From Acidimicrobiia bacterium (GTDB lineage Bacteria > Actinomycetota > Acidimicrobiia > Spongiisociales > ZC4RG35), in contig OZ244034.1 in assembly GCA_965215185.1 (NCBI GenBank), positions 576,001-640,000 of the forward strand: a DNA stretch of 64,000 nt. Reading direction: 5' to 3'. Positions 50,498-60,542 of this stretch are shown one piece after another. The position numbers and the translations under genes were made by a program. Positions within the stretch are counted from its first letter, which is position 1. Every line of letters begins with the position of its first letter. The notes under the pieces are model-generated. The model did not search any database, was not told the DNA's origin, and worked only from the letters and a program-made list of their open reading frames with translations.

Positions 50498-50755
50498 TTG
50501 AGGACTACATCTGAATTGGTATCTGATCACGGCGCGCACGACACCGACACCGGTTCACCGGAGGTGCAAGTGGCCGTATTAACCGAGCGGATCAAACATC
50601 TGACCGAGCATCTGAAGATTCACAAACACGACAACCACAGTCGTTATGGCTTGTTGAAGATGGTCGGAAAACGTCGTCGTCTGCTCAAGTACCTAAGCAG
50701 CCAGGACGTTGACCGGTATCGCCGGCTTATCGCTTCCCTAGGACTTCGTAGATAA
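50498..50755 (+). CDS. rpsO: 30S ribosomal protein S15
   Basis: [39 protein letters not shown] and LGLRR. Confidence 0.96.
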   Translation: MRTTSELVSDHGAHDTDTGSPEVQVAVLTERIKHLTEHLKIHKHDNHSRYGLLKMVGKRRRLLKYLSSQDVDRYRRLIASLGLRR

Positions 50756-50811
50756 ACGCCCTGCGTACACCGTTACGCACGGGAAACCATTAGACGCATT
50801 GAGGAGCAATC

Positions 50812-53328
50812 TTGTCTGAACAAATCGTGACCGGGATGGTGGGTGGAAAGCAAATCACCCTCAGCACCGGCAAACTGGCCGTTTCGGCCCATGGAGCAGT
50901 AGTGCTCCGCTTAGGAGGGGTGGAATTACTGGTGACAGCCACCGCCAATCAGGATGTAAGGGAGGGAATAGATTTCTTTCCGCTCACCGTCGATTTGGAA
51001 GAACGCATGTATGCGGCCGGCCGGATCCCCGGCTCCTTTTTCCGGCGAGAGGGCAGGCCCAGCGAGGGGGCCACTCTGGGTTGCCGTTTGATCGACCGGG
51101 CGCTCCGCCCGTCCTTCGTCAAAGGCTTCCGGTGTGAAACCCAGGTTGTGGCCATGCCTCTTTCCATCGATGGAGAGAACCCTTTTGACGTCTTGGCGCT
51201 GATCGGCGCCTCCGCAGCTCTATCGGTGAGCCCGATTCCCTTCCGAGGTCCAATCGGCGCCGCCCGTCTGGCCCTTGTCAAGGGCGAATGGGTTCCTTTC
51301 CCGACTCACCAGGAAATCACCGAGGGCGTGTTTGAAATTACGGTGGCCGGTCGGCGTAATGAGACCGGTGAGATCGATGTAATAATGGTCGAGGCTGGCG
51401 CCTCACCTGGTGGTGTTCGGTTGGTGGCCGACGGTGACGCACCTAGCGATGAAGCAGCGGTAATGGAGGGACTGGCGCAAGCTAAGGCCATCATCGCCGA
51501 GAGCATTGATTTGCAGTTGAAGTTGGCCGAACTGGTCAGCATCCCCGCCGGGGACTGGCCGGTGGTCACCGACTACTCGCCCGAGGTTATGGAGAAGGTG
51601 GAACAATCCGCCGGAGCGGGCTTGCAGGAACTTATCAGAATGGCTGATCGGCGGGAGCGCGCTGCTGCCGAGAGGAAGTTGCGGGAAGAAACCGTGACCG
51701 CGGTAACCGGCGACAATCCCGATCTCACTGCGGAAGCGAAGAAGGCCTTCAAGCAGGCCCTCAAGTCCGCCATGCGCCAGCGGGTGGCCAGCGAGAGCGT
51801 GCGTCTGGACGGACGCTCACCATCCGACATCCGTCCTCTCACCATCGAAGTGGGGACGGTGGAACGGACTCACGGATCGGGTCTTTTCCAAAGAGGCGAA
51901 ACGCAGGTGTTGAACATCGCCACTTTGGGCATGTTGAGAATGGAGCAGATGCTCGACGATCTGGGCATTGAGGAAGGCAAGCGGTTTATGCACCACTACA
52001 ACTTCCCACCGTTCTCCACCGGTGAGGCCGGGTTCATGCGCGGTCCCAAGCGCAGGGAGATCGGACACGGCGCTTTGGCGGAAAAGGCGCTTCTGCCCGT
52101 GGTTCCCGGTCCCGAGGATTTCCCCTACGCGCTGCGGTTGGTCTCCGAGGTTCTTTCCTCTAACGGATCCTCTTCCATGGCTTCGGTGTGCTCCTCAAGC
52201 CTGTCCCTGATGGATGCCGGCGTACCCATCATCGCCCCGGTAGCGGGTATCGCCATGGGGCTGATCCATCAGGACGGACAGTACGTGACTCTCACCGACA
52301 TCCTTGGCGACGAGGACTTCATGGGCGACATGGACTTCAAAGTGGCTGGAACTGCGGAAATGATTACTGCCCTCCAGTTAGACACCAAGATCGCCGGGCT
52401 GCCCACCGAGGTGTTGAGCCAAGCGCTCTCTCAGGCCCGGGATGCTCGCTTGTTCATTCTGGAGGAGATGAACAAGGTGATCTCCGAGCCGCGCTCCGAA
52501 CTCAAGGAATGGACACCGCGCATCGAGGCCATCGAAATACCCAAGGACAAGATCGGCGAAGTGATCGGCCCCAAGGGCAAGATGGTCCGGGAACTTGAAG
52601 AGGAAACCGGTGTCTCTATCGAGATCGAAGAGACCGAAGGCAAGGGAATCGTGCGGGTGGCTTCGGCCGACAGCGCCGCTCTCGAAGCAGCCAAAGAGAG
52701 GATCAGAATGATCGCCTTTCCACCTACACCCGTAGAGGGCAAAGAGTACGAAGGGGAGGTGGTCAACATCACCACCTTCGGCGCCTTTATCAACATCCTG
52801 CCCGGACGCGACGGCCTACTCCACATTTCCAAGATCGACCCTGATCGCCGGGTCAACCGGGTCGAGGACTACCTCTCCCAGGGTCAGATGGTGAAAGTGG
52901 TGGTGGAAGGCACGGATCGGGGCAAGGTCAGCCTGATCTTGGCCGAACGGCTGGAGGGTCCTCCTCCCGGTCAGGAAAGCCCGCGACCCGAAATGGGCGA
53001 CCGCGGTCCTCGCCGTGATGGTGGTGGACGTGGCGGTCCTCGCCGTGATGGTGGTGGACGTGGCGGTCCTCGCCGTGATGGTGGTGGACGTGGCGGTCCT
53101 CGCCGTGATGGTGGTGGACGTGGCGGTCCTCGCCGTGATAGTGATTCACGTGGCGGCGGTCCTCGCCGTGACGGTGACGGCCGCGGCGGCGACCAGGGGG
53201 GAAGCCGTCCGGGAGGCAGACGCCAAGGCGGACGCGGTTCCGGTCCGCCTCGCACCGGTGGCGGTGGCGGTGGCGGCGGCGGTCAACGGCGCCGTGCCAG
53301 GTCGTTTGGAGATAACCGCGACAACTAG
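50812..53328 (+). CDS. pnp: Polyribonucleotide nucleotidyltransferase with RGG-rich C-terminal tail
   Basis: FFPLTV, RREGRP, RRE.GHG, SNGSSSMAS and DMDFK; KH and S1 domains. Confidence 0.97.
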   Translation: MSEQIVTGMVGGKQITLSTGKLAVSAHGAVVLRLGGVELLVTATANQDVREGIDFFPLTVDLEERMYAAGRIPGSFFRREGRPSEGATLGCRLIDRALRPSFVKGFRCETQVVAMPLSIDGENPFDVLALIGASAALSVSPIPFRGPIGAARLALVKGEWVPFPTHQEITEGVFEITVAGRRNETGEIDVIMVEAGASPGGVRLVADGDAPSDEAAVMEGLAQAKAIIAESIDLQLKLAELVSIPAGDWPVVTDYSPEVMEKVEQSAGAGLQELIRMADRRERAAAERKLREETVTAVTGDNPDLTAEAKKAFKQALKSAMRQRVASESVRLDGRSPSDIRPLTIEVGTVERTHGSGLFQRGETQVLNIATLGMLRMEQMLDDLGIEEGKRFMHHYNFPPFSTGEAGFMRGPKRREIGHGALAEKALLPVVPGPEDFPYALRLVSEVLSSNGSSSMASVCSSSLSLMDAGVPIIAPVAGIAMGLIHQDGQYVTLTDILGDEDFMGDMDFKVAGTAEMITALQLDTKIAGLPTEVLSQALSQARDARLFILEEMNKVISEPRSELKEWTPRIEAIEIPKDKIGEVIGPKGKMVRELEEETGVSIEIEETEGKGIVRVASADSAALEAAKERIRMIAFPPTPVEGKEYEGEVVNITTFGAFINILPGRDGLLHISKIDPDRRVNRVEDYLSQGQMVKVVVEGTDRGKVSLILAERLEGPPPGQESPRPEMGDRGPRRDGGGRGGPRRDGGGRGGPRRDGGGRGGPRRDGGGRGGPRRDSDSRGGGPRRDGDGRGGDQGGSRPGGRRQGGRGSGPPRTGGGGGGGGGQRRRARSFGDNRDN
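53003..53190 (+). repeat. 30-bp tandem repeat encoding GPRRDGGGRG
   Basis: CGCCGTGATGGTGGTGGACGTGGCGGTCCT occurs four times perfectly (53011-53130), plus two degenerate copies. Confidence 0.95.
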
Positions 53329-53330
53329 GT

Positions 53331-54419
53331 ATGGAGTTCCTTCGTTCAGATTTGGGCGAGATAGCCGTCTACAAACCCGGACGGCCTATCGAGGAAGTGG
53401 CGCGGGAACTGGGGTTCGAACCGGACTCTTTGGTGAAGGTGGCCTCCAACGAAAACCCCTACCAGCCGATGGACGAGGTATCGGAGGTGATGGCGCAGGC
53501 GGTGTCGGGGATCAATCGATACCCCGACAACCACGCCTACGATCTTCGGACCGCTCTCGCGCGCAGCCTTGGAGTGGGTTTTGACAACCTTTGGTGCGGG
53601 GCCGGATCGAGCGAATTAATTCGTCTAACCGCCTTGGCAGTGGGAGGCCCGGGACGGGAGGTGGTGTTTCCCTGGCCATCTTTCGCCATGTACCCGTTGT
53701 GCGCCCGGTATGCAATGATGACCCCGGTCACGGTTCCACTCACCGCCCAACACGGTTTGGACTCCGATCGTATCCTGGCGGCAATCGGCCCAAACACCGT
53801 TTTGGCATACCTGTGCAATCCCAACAACCCCTCGGGCTCATATCTGGCTGCCGACGAGGTCTCCCGGCTGATTGAGGAGATTCCCAACCGGGTGTTGGTG
53901 GTATTGGATGAGGCGTATTACGAGTATGTAACCGCCCCCGACTACCGGGGCACTGCTGCGGAGGCCCTGGAGCGTCCTAATGTGATCACGCTCCGGACTT
54001 TCTCCAAGATCTATGGAATGGCGGCGCTCCGGGTCGGCTATGCGGTTGGCCAGCCCGAGACCCTCCAACAATTGAGCAGGGTACAATCACCTTTCACAGT
54101 CACCTCGGTGGGTCAGGTAGGAGCGGTGGAGGCGCTGCGCCATCAGGATCAGATTGCGGTGCGGGTTACCGAAAACGCCCGGGAACGGGACCGGATTGAG
54201 CGGAGTTTGGCTGATCTGGGTATCAGTTATGTACCCAGTCAAACCAACTTCATATATTTCACGATCGGATTGGGCGCCGAAGAGAATGCGGCGCAGTTCT
54301 TGTCCCATGGCGTGATCCTTCGCACCTTTCCGGGAGAATGGGCCAGGGTTTCGGTGGGCACGCCCGAAGAAAACGACCGGTTCCTGGCCGCGGCCGCCGA
54401 GGTAGCCGGACGAGGCTAA
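53331..54419 (+). CDS. hisC: Histidinol-phosphate transaminase
   Basis: YKPG, ASNENP, NRYPD, NPNNP, DEAY and RTFSKIYG.A.LRVG. Confidence 0.9.
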   Translation: MEFLRSDLGEIAVYKPGRPIEEVARELGFEPDSLVKVASNENPYQPMDEVSEVMAQAVSGINRYPDNHAYDLRTALARSLGVGFDNLWCGAGSSELIRLTALAVGGPGREVVFPWPSFAMYPLCARYAMMTPVTVPLTAQHGLDSDRILAAIGPNTVLAYLCNPNNPSGSYLAADEVSRLIEEIPNRVLVVLDEAYYEYVTAPDYRGTAAEALERPNVITLRTFSKIYGMAALRVGYAVGQPETLQQLSRVQSPFTVTSVGQVGAVEALRHQDQIAVRVTENARERDRIERSLADLGISYVPSQTNFIYFTIGLGAEENAAQFLSHGVILRTFPGEWARVSVGTPEENDRFLAAAAEVAGRG

Positions 54420-54428
54420 TCGCCTGCT

Positions 54429-55643
54429 CTATTCAATAACGATTCGCAACCGATGAAAGGCTTGTTGCAGGGCTGACTCCACCTCGGAGGGCCGGGGGGC
54501 GGCGGCGAACAAAAACCCCAGGTATCGGTCTCCTTCGGGAAGGGCTTCCACCTTTCCTCCCAGGGGAACAGTGATCTGTAGGTCCACAATCCCGGGGGTT
54601 GCCCGCGCCTGATCTGAGCCTTCCACCCCTACCAGCCTCCCCGACCTGGGAATGGGGAGCATCATCACTCCCGTAGCGGCGGGCTGGCGGGTGGTGGAGG
54701 GTATCGTCATTCCAAGTGCTTGGCGGAGTATCAATGACTCCCAGGAGTCGCCCATCAGCCCGAAGCGGAGAGATCGGGCGCAAAGACCTCCAATGGAACG
54801 GGCTGCCACCTCCAAGACGTGCACCCGGTCGGGTCCGATCCGCAGTTCGGCGTGGATGGGTCCTTCCTTAAGGCCCAACGAGGACACCGCCCGCCGGGTG
54901 AGATGATCCACTTCAGCCAAGACCGCAGGCGGAAGGCGGGAGGGGGCAATCAACACCGTCTCCTCGAAATAGGGTCCTTGAGGCGCCGAGGGTTTGTCGA
55001 ACACGGCGAGAATGGTGAGGCGGCCTCCAATAAGCAGCCCCTCCACCGCCACCTCCCCTCCGGGGACAAATTTCTCGGCCAAGATGGGTTGGTTGGGGTT
55101 TTCTCCCGCCTTCGCCAGGATCCTTCGAATACGTAGTGCTGCGTCTTCGGCGTCGGACGCACGGTTGACGCGGATTACCCCCTGTCCGCCCGACCGGGAT
55201 ACGGGCTTGAAGACCACCGGGTAGCCCAATCCAGAGGCCACCCCAGCGGGAGAGGCTCCATGCTCGATGACCGCAAATCGGGGCTGGGAGACTTCATCCT
55301 GAGATAGCCGTCGACGCATCATGGCTTTGTTGCGAGTCGCCGCGGCGCTCGGAGGGGGATTGTGGGGGAGTCCTATCAACTCGGCGGCGCGGGCGGCTAC
55401 CACCACGCCTTGATCGTCGAGGGGGACTATGGCATCCACGGGGAGATGGGCCGCATGGTCGGCAAGGATCTGCGCGGACCACTCCGGGCGGGAGCAGTCG
55501 ATCCACACCCGTCGGTCGGGGGCTATCAAGGGCAGATCTTCCTCCGAGGCCACTGTAAGTTCGACTTCCAATTCAGCCGCCGCCGAAAGGAAATCGGAGG
55601 CCCGATAGGTTTGGGTGGGGATGATGAGCAAAACGTGAGCCAT
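54429..55643 (-). CDS. ATP-grasp domain protein (amino-acid-ligase-like)
   Basis: RNK..MR, YPVV.KP..SG.QGVI, E.FVPG.EVAVEG, FDKP, FEET and HAELR...EVAARSIGG. Confidence 0.87.
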   Translation of the reverse strand: MAHVLLIIPTQTYRASDFLSAAAELEVELTVASEEDLPLIAPDRRVWIDCSRPEWSAQILADHAAHLPVDAIVPLDDQGVVVAARAAELIGLPHNPPPSAAATRNKAMMRRRLSQDEVSQPRFAVIEHGASPAGVASGLGYPVVFKPVSRSGGQGVIRVNRASDAEDAALRIRRILAKAGENPNQPILAEKFVPGGEVAVEGLLIGGRLTILAVFDKPSAPQGPYFEETVLIAPSRLPPAVLAEVDHLTRRAVSSLGLKEGPIHAELRIGPDRVHVLEVAARSIGGLCARSLRFGLMGDSWESLILRQALGMTIPSTTRQPAATGVMMLPIPRSGRLVGVEGSDQARATPGIVDLQITVPLGGKVEALPEGDRYLGFLFAAAPRPSEVESALQQAFHRLRIVIE

Positions 55644-55717
55644 TGAGAGTCCCAATGTAGACGACCCAAGGGCCATATGGACGGATGTTGGGCGAAAAGG
55701 GGGGTACCATTAGCCAC

Positions 55718-56335
55718 ATGTCGCGAAAAGTTCTCACCGTTGCCCCGGACGCAGTGGATATGATCGTCTCGCTGCGCGACCAGGAGCCGGGCGATCAGGA
55801 ATATGGACTGTCGATCGAGGTGAGTGGCATTCGGGGGGCGCAGTTCCAGTATGAGTTGAGCTTTGTGCCGGTTGAGGATCAGACCGACCATCAGATCCGA
55901 GAGGACTACGGGAGTCTGGCCATATTGATTCCTCACCATGATGTGGAAAAACTGTCGGGTGCGTCCTTGGAGTTGACCGCCGAGGGATTGGCGATGAACA
56001 ACCCCAATCTTCCACAGAGCCCCACCATGGCCGGCGCCAAACCGAGGGGAGATCTGTCCGGACCCTTGGCGGAGAAGATCTCCGTGGTCCTCACTGAGAA
56101 CGTCAACCCGGCCATCGCCATGCACGGCGGGATGGCGGAATTGGTGTCGCTCGACGGCACGGTGGCTTTTTTGCGTTTGTCGGGTGGATGCCAAGGATGC
56201 GGGATGGCTCAGGTCACTCTTAGCCAGGGCATAGAACGCATTCTCAGGGAATCCCTTCCTGAAATCACCGAGATAGTGGATGTAACCGACCACGCTTCTG
56301 GCGCCGACCCCTACTACGAATCCTCTAAGAAGTAA
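55718..56335 (+). CDS. nfuA: Fe-S cluster carrier NfuA (degenerate A-type domain plus NifU-C)
   Basis: NP.IA.HGG, GGCQGC and DVTDH..G.DPYY. TACCAT lies 7 nt before the ATG, suggesting a leaderless mRNA. Confidence 0.88.
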   Translation: MSRKVLTVAPDAVDMIVSLRDQEPGDQEYGLSIEVSGIRGAQFQYELSFVPVEDQTDHQIREDYGSLAILIPHHDVEKLSGASLELTAEGLAMNNPNLPQSPTMAGAKPRGDLSGPLAEKISVVLTENVNPAIAMHGGMAELVSLDGTVAFLRLSGGCQGCGMAQVTLSQGIERILRESLPEITEIVDVTDHASGADPYYESSKK

Positions 56336-56381
56336 CCTGACTCACTGTCTTTGGAGGCGGTGGCTTTGGATACCGCCTCGT

Positions 56382-59300
56382 TTACGGGATGTACTGCACA
56401 CCGGGAGGTAAAGGTGCCTGTGGCAAGCGCCCCCAGCAGGAGATGGTGCCGTCCGGGTCGATTCCACACGAGTAGCCGACGCCGACCGTTATGGAGAGGA
56501 ACTGGTCACCGAGTGCGTCAACCGCACTGTCTTCTGCCCTACCCCAGCAGACGATGGTGTCATCGGTGTGAATCCCGCACGAGAAGTGTTCGTTGACTGA
56601 GATATGGGTGAATGATCCCTCCGGGGCATCGGTCTGGCCGTGTTCGTTGTAGCCCCAGCAGGTGATTGCGTTATCGGTACCCAATGCACATGAATGTGAA
56701 GAACCGGCAGCCAGGGCGTCGAATACTCCCTCCGGCGGGTTGGTCTTATCTCCCCGACTGTCGCCCCAGCAGGTTATGGTGCTATCGGTGCGGATTCCAC
56801 AGGAGAAGCCGTTTCCGGCGGCGATGGTGTTGAACTCTTCTACCGGAGGGTCGGTTTGGCCGTGTTCGTTGTTGCCCCAGCAGGTGACTGCATTGTCGGT
56901 TCCGATTGCACAGGAGTGGTCGGTGCCAGCCGCCACCGTGGTGTAATCACCTTCAGGCGCCTGAGTCTGGCCGGTGAGATTGATCCCCCAGCAGAAGATG
57001 GACTGGTCGGTGCCGATAGCACACGAATGCAGCCAGCCGCTGTCAAGGTAGGTAAACCTCATCTGCGGAGGACTTGCCTGACCGTATTCGTTGTCTCCCC
57101 AACACGAGACAGAGCCGTCGGTGCCCAGTCCGCAGGAATACCCGCTACCGCTGGTGAGGGAGGTGAAGGGTCCTGGCGGTACTTCGGCCTGGCTGGCCGC
57201 ATTGATTCCCCAGCAAGTGATGGTCTGATCGGCCCCAATTCCACAGGTGTGGTCGAAACCGGGTGCGACGGCGATGAACTCCCCTCCGGGCGGATTCGCC
57301 TGACCGACTGTATTGCGGCCCCAGCAAGCCACGGTTTGGTCGGTCCGAATGGCACAGGAATGCAGAGAACCGGATGCGATAGAGGTGAAAGTCCCTGGCG
57401 GTGGTGTGGCTTGACCATGATCGGTGGCGCCCCAGCAGTGGATGGTCCGGTCAATGCCCAGGGCGCATGAGTGGTTGGCGCCCACCGTGATGGCGGTGTA
57501 TTCACCTTCGACAAGATCTGCCTGACCCTGGCTGTTGTCTCCCCAGCAGGTGACAGTTCGGTCGTCCCTTATGGCGCATGAGTGGTCTATTCCGGCTCCA
57601 ACGGTGGTGAACCGACCTTCCGGCGGGTCCCCCTGATTCTGGGTGCTGAGTCCCCAGCAGGCAATGCTTCCGTCAGGTCGTATTCCACAAGTGTGGCCTC
57701 CACCCCCGGTGCTGATGGACGTGAACTGACCTTCCGGTGGGCCGAGGCTCGCTCCCCAACAGGCGACGGTTTGATCGGTGCGAATCGCACAGGAATTGGC
57801 AGACTTGGCAGTGATAGCTGTAAAAGTCCCTGGCGGTGGTGTGGCTTGCCCGTAACTGTTGTCGCCCCAGCAGGCGACGGTTTGATCGATGCGGATGCCA
57901 CACGAATGATCGGCGCCCGTTGCGACCGCGATGAATGCCGATGGCGGTTCTTCCTGGCTTACCGGGGAAGGTTCCTCGTAATGTACGGCGGCGGGTAGTG
58001 GAATTACCGACGGGAGACCCCAGCAGGTGACCGTTTCGTCGCTGCGGACTCCGCAGGAAAGATTTCCGGTGGCGCCGATGGCTGTGAAGGTTCCAGACGG
58101 AGGGGTGGCTTGCCCGTAAGTGTCGTCGCCCCAGCAGGCGACGACACCATCGGTGAGTATGCCACAGGAGTGTTGGTCGCCGATCGCGATGTCGATGGTG
58201 AAGGTTCCAGGTGGGGGGGTGGCTTGTCTGTGGGTATCGTTCCCCCAGCAGGCGAGGGTGTTATCGGTTCTCACTGCACACGAATGGTCGGTCACCGCGG
58301 TCAAAGACTTGAACCTGCCCGTGGGTGGGGTGGCTTGTCCGTGGCTGTCGTTCCCCCAGCAGGCGAGGGTCAGATTGGTGCGGAGTCCGCAGGAGACGTT
58401 GTCACTGGCGGCTACGGCTGTGAACCGGCCCTCCGGTGGTATAACTTGCCCGGAGGTGTTGTAACCCCAGCAAGCGACGGTGTTGTCGGTTCGGATGGCG
58501 CAGGAATGACGGGCGGCGCTGGTGAGGGAGGTGAACTCCCCTGATGGGTAAAGGGTCTGGGCGTAGTCCCTATTGCCCCAGCAAGTGATGGTCCGGTCCG
58601 CTGCCAGCCCGCAGGAGTACCCGTCGCCGGTGGTAACGGCTGTGTATTCGCCGGTGGGCGCATCGGTCTGGCCTGACGTGTTGTCTCCCCAGCAACTGAT
58701 CGTGAGGTCCGCGCGGATCCCGCAAGAGTGATCATTGCCGAGACTGATGGTGGTGGTAAATGCGCCTTCCGGTGGTGTGGCCTGGCCGTTTTTGTTGGAG
58801 CCCCAGCAGGCGAGGGTGTTATCCGTCCGAACGGCGCACGAATGTCCGGGTCCATTCTTGATGGCGAAGAAGGGTCCCGTTGGTGGCTCAGCTTGGGTGG
58901 ACGGGTTGTAACCCCAGCAGGTGACGGTCTGGTCCGCCCCCACTCCACATGCATGGTCCAGTCCGGCTGAGATGGAGGTAAAGGGTCCGGACACCCGGTC
59001 GGGCAGTTCTTCAAACTCGTCACCCCAGCACACCGGGGTCTGGTGGCTGCGGATCGCGCACGAGTAATCAGCGATACCGGCGGAGATGGTTGTGAAGCTT
59101 CCCGAGGGTGGATCGGCCAGACCGCTGGCGTTGCCCCAGCAGGTGATGGTCCCATCCGTGCGTAGACCACAAGAGTGAATAATCGCAGCGCTGATGGCTG
59201 TGAAGGTTCCCGGCGGCGGGGTGGCCTGACCTACGGAGTCAAATCCCCAGCAGACCGCGGTCTGGTCGGGGCGAATGCCACACGAATGGGCGAAACCGGC

Positions 59301-60398
59301 GGCAATGGAGATGAACTCTCCTTCTGGCGCCTCGGCTTGGCCGCTCCAGTTGCTGCCCCAGCAGGTTACGGTTCCATCGGCGCCAATGGCGCAAGAGTGG
59401 CCGGTGCCGGCGGCGATGCCGGTGAACTCTCCTCCCGGTGGGTCGGATTGGCTGTCGCTATTGTCTCCCCAGCAGGTGACATTGCCGTCAGCGCCTAACG
59501 CGCAGGAGTGGCTGGTTCCGGTGGCGATGGCGGTGTAAGTCCCGAGCGGTGGGGTGGCCTGTCCGGAAGCGTTGTTTCCCCAGCAGTTGATCGTCTTGTC
59601 GTTCTGCAATGCACACGTAAAGTTCCACCCGGCGGCAATGGCGATGAAACCAGGCGGCGGTTCCACCTGCTGGGAGTGGTCGATAACCAGGTTGTAGGCG
59701 CGGTGCAGGAAGGTGGCTATCTGGGCGCGGGTAAGGGCGCCATGTGGGTCAAAGAAGTCATCACCCACTCCGGCAGTGATGCTGTAGAACAGCGCCCACC
59801 CCACCGACCCATCCGCCCAGAAACCGCGGGGTACGTCGTTGAAAAGATCTGATCCTCGGACCTCTTCACCGGTGATGGGACCCCCCACGAGGCGATTCAA
59901 GCGGTGCAGGAAGGTCACCATTTGCGCACGGGTGATAAGCCCGAGCGGGTCAAAAACTCCTTCTGTCACCCCGACAGTCACCCCGTGGTTTACCGCCCAG
60001 CCGATGTGTGCGTTGGCTTCGTGCCAGGCAGGTACATCTTTGAACCGGTCCGAACCGAGGACGCCGCCCAGGTTTGCGGGGCCTTCCAGAAGGGTATTGA
60101 TCCGGCTGAGGAATGTCACCATCTCCGCCCGGGTGGCCAGACCATCGAGATGGAACACCCCTTCCCCGGTCCCGTTCATGACCCCGTTTTCCACTGCCCA
60201 CCCCACCGCTTGGTCAGCCCAGTGTCCGACCGGCACATCCTCGAATCGGTCGGAACCCCTGGGATCGTCTGCACCAGTCGGCACAGGGCTGTCTTGGCCG
60301 ACTGGAGGTGGAGGCTCCTGTGCGCTTACGACAGTCGTCACCATCAGGGCGAGCGCCAACAGCGGAACAATGCGCGGTCGGAAGCTCTTTATTAACAT
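56382..60398 (-). CDS. Secreted surface protein: 3 SLH domains plus 29 RCC1-like C..CWG repeats
   Basis: Signal peptide (..VVSA/QE); three F.DVP..HWA..VGW....G...G....F......TRA....FL units; 29 CWG-containing repeats counted. Confidence 0.9.
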   Translation of the reverse strand: MLIKSFRPRIVPLLALALMVTTVVSAQEPPPPVGQDSPVPTGADDPRGSDRFEDVPVGHWADQAVGWAVENGVMNGTGEGVFHLDGLATRAEMVTFLSRINTLLEGPANLGGVLGSDRFKDVPAWHEANAHIGWAVNHGVTVGVTEGVFDPLGLITRAQMVTFLHRLNRLVGGPITGEEVRGSDLFNDVPRGFWADGSVGWALFYSITAGVGDDFFDPHGALTRAQIATFLHRAYNLVIDHSQQVEPPPGFIAIAAGWNFTCALQNDKTINCWGNNASGQATPPLGTYTAIATGTSHSCALGADGNVTCWGDNSDSQSDPPGGEFTGIAAGTGHSCAIGADGTVTCWGSNWSGQAEAPEGEFISIAAGFAHSCGIRPDQTAVCWGFDSVGQATPPPGTFTAISAAIIHSCGLRTDGTITCWGNASGLADPPSGSFTTISAGIADYSCAIRSHQTPVCWGDEFEELPDRVSGPFTSISAGLDHACGVGADQTVTCWGYNPSTQAEPPTGPFFAIKNGPGHSCAVRTDNTLACWGSNKNGQATPPEGAFTTTISLGNDHSCGIRADLTISCWGDNTSGQTDAPTGEYTAVTTGDGYSCGLAADRTITCWGNRDYAQTLYPSGEFTSLTSAARHSCAIRTDNTVACWGYNTSGQVIPPEGRFTAVAASDNVSCGLRTNLTLACWGNDSHGQATPPTGRFKSLTAVTDHSCAVRTDNTLACWGNDTHRQATPPPGTFTIDIAIGDQHSCGILTDGVVACWGDDTYGQATPPSGTFTAIGATGNLSCGVRSDETVTCWGLPSVIPLPAAVHYEEPSPVSQEEPPSAFIAVATGADHSCGIRIDQTVACWGDNSYGQATPPPGTFTAITAKSANSCAIRTDQTVACWGASLGPPEGQFTSISTGGGGHTCGIRPDGSIACWGLSTQNQGDPPEGRFTTVGAGIDHSCAIRDDRTVTCWGDNSQGQADLVEGEYTAITVGANHSCALGIDRTIHCWGATDHGQATPPPGTFTSIASGSLHSCAIRTDQTVACWGRNTVGQANPPGGEFIAVAPGFDHTCGIGADQTITCWGINAASQAEVPPGPFTSLTSGSGYSCGLGTDGSVSCWGDNEYGQASPPQMRFTYLDSGWLHSCAIGTDQSIFCWGINLTGQTQAPEGDYTTVAAGTDHSCAIGTDNAVTCWGNNEHGQTDPPVEEFNTIAAGNGFSCGIRTDSTITCWGDSRGDKTNPPEGVFDALAAGSSHSCALGTDNAITCWGYNEHGQTDAPEGSFTHISVNEHFSCGIHTDDTIVCWGRAEDSAVDALGDQFLSITVGVGYSCGIDPDGTISCWGRLPQAPLPPGVQYIP

Positions 60399-60542
60399 GG
60401 GGTCCTTTAGTTTCACATGGTGGGGCCAATTTGAGCGAGGCGCCCTGCTCCTGGACCTGGTCCGTAGCCCACCGCAGAGTGAATCGGGTTGGGCCAATCT
60501 AACAAGGGAAGGGATAAGAGAGTCGGCAGAGGTGCATACGGG

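Noticed and set aside
53003-53190. 30-bp repeats as CRISPR
   Set aside because: The units are contiguous, have no spacers and are in frame within pnp.
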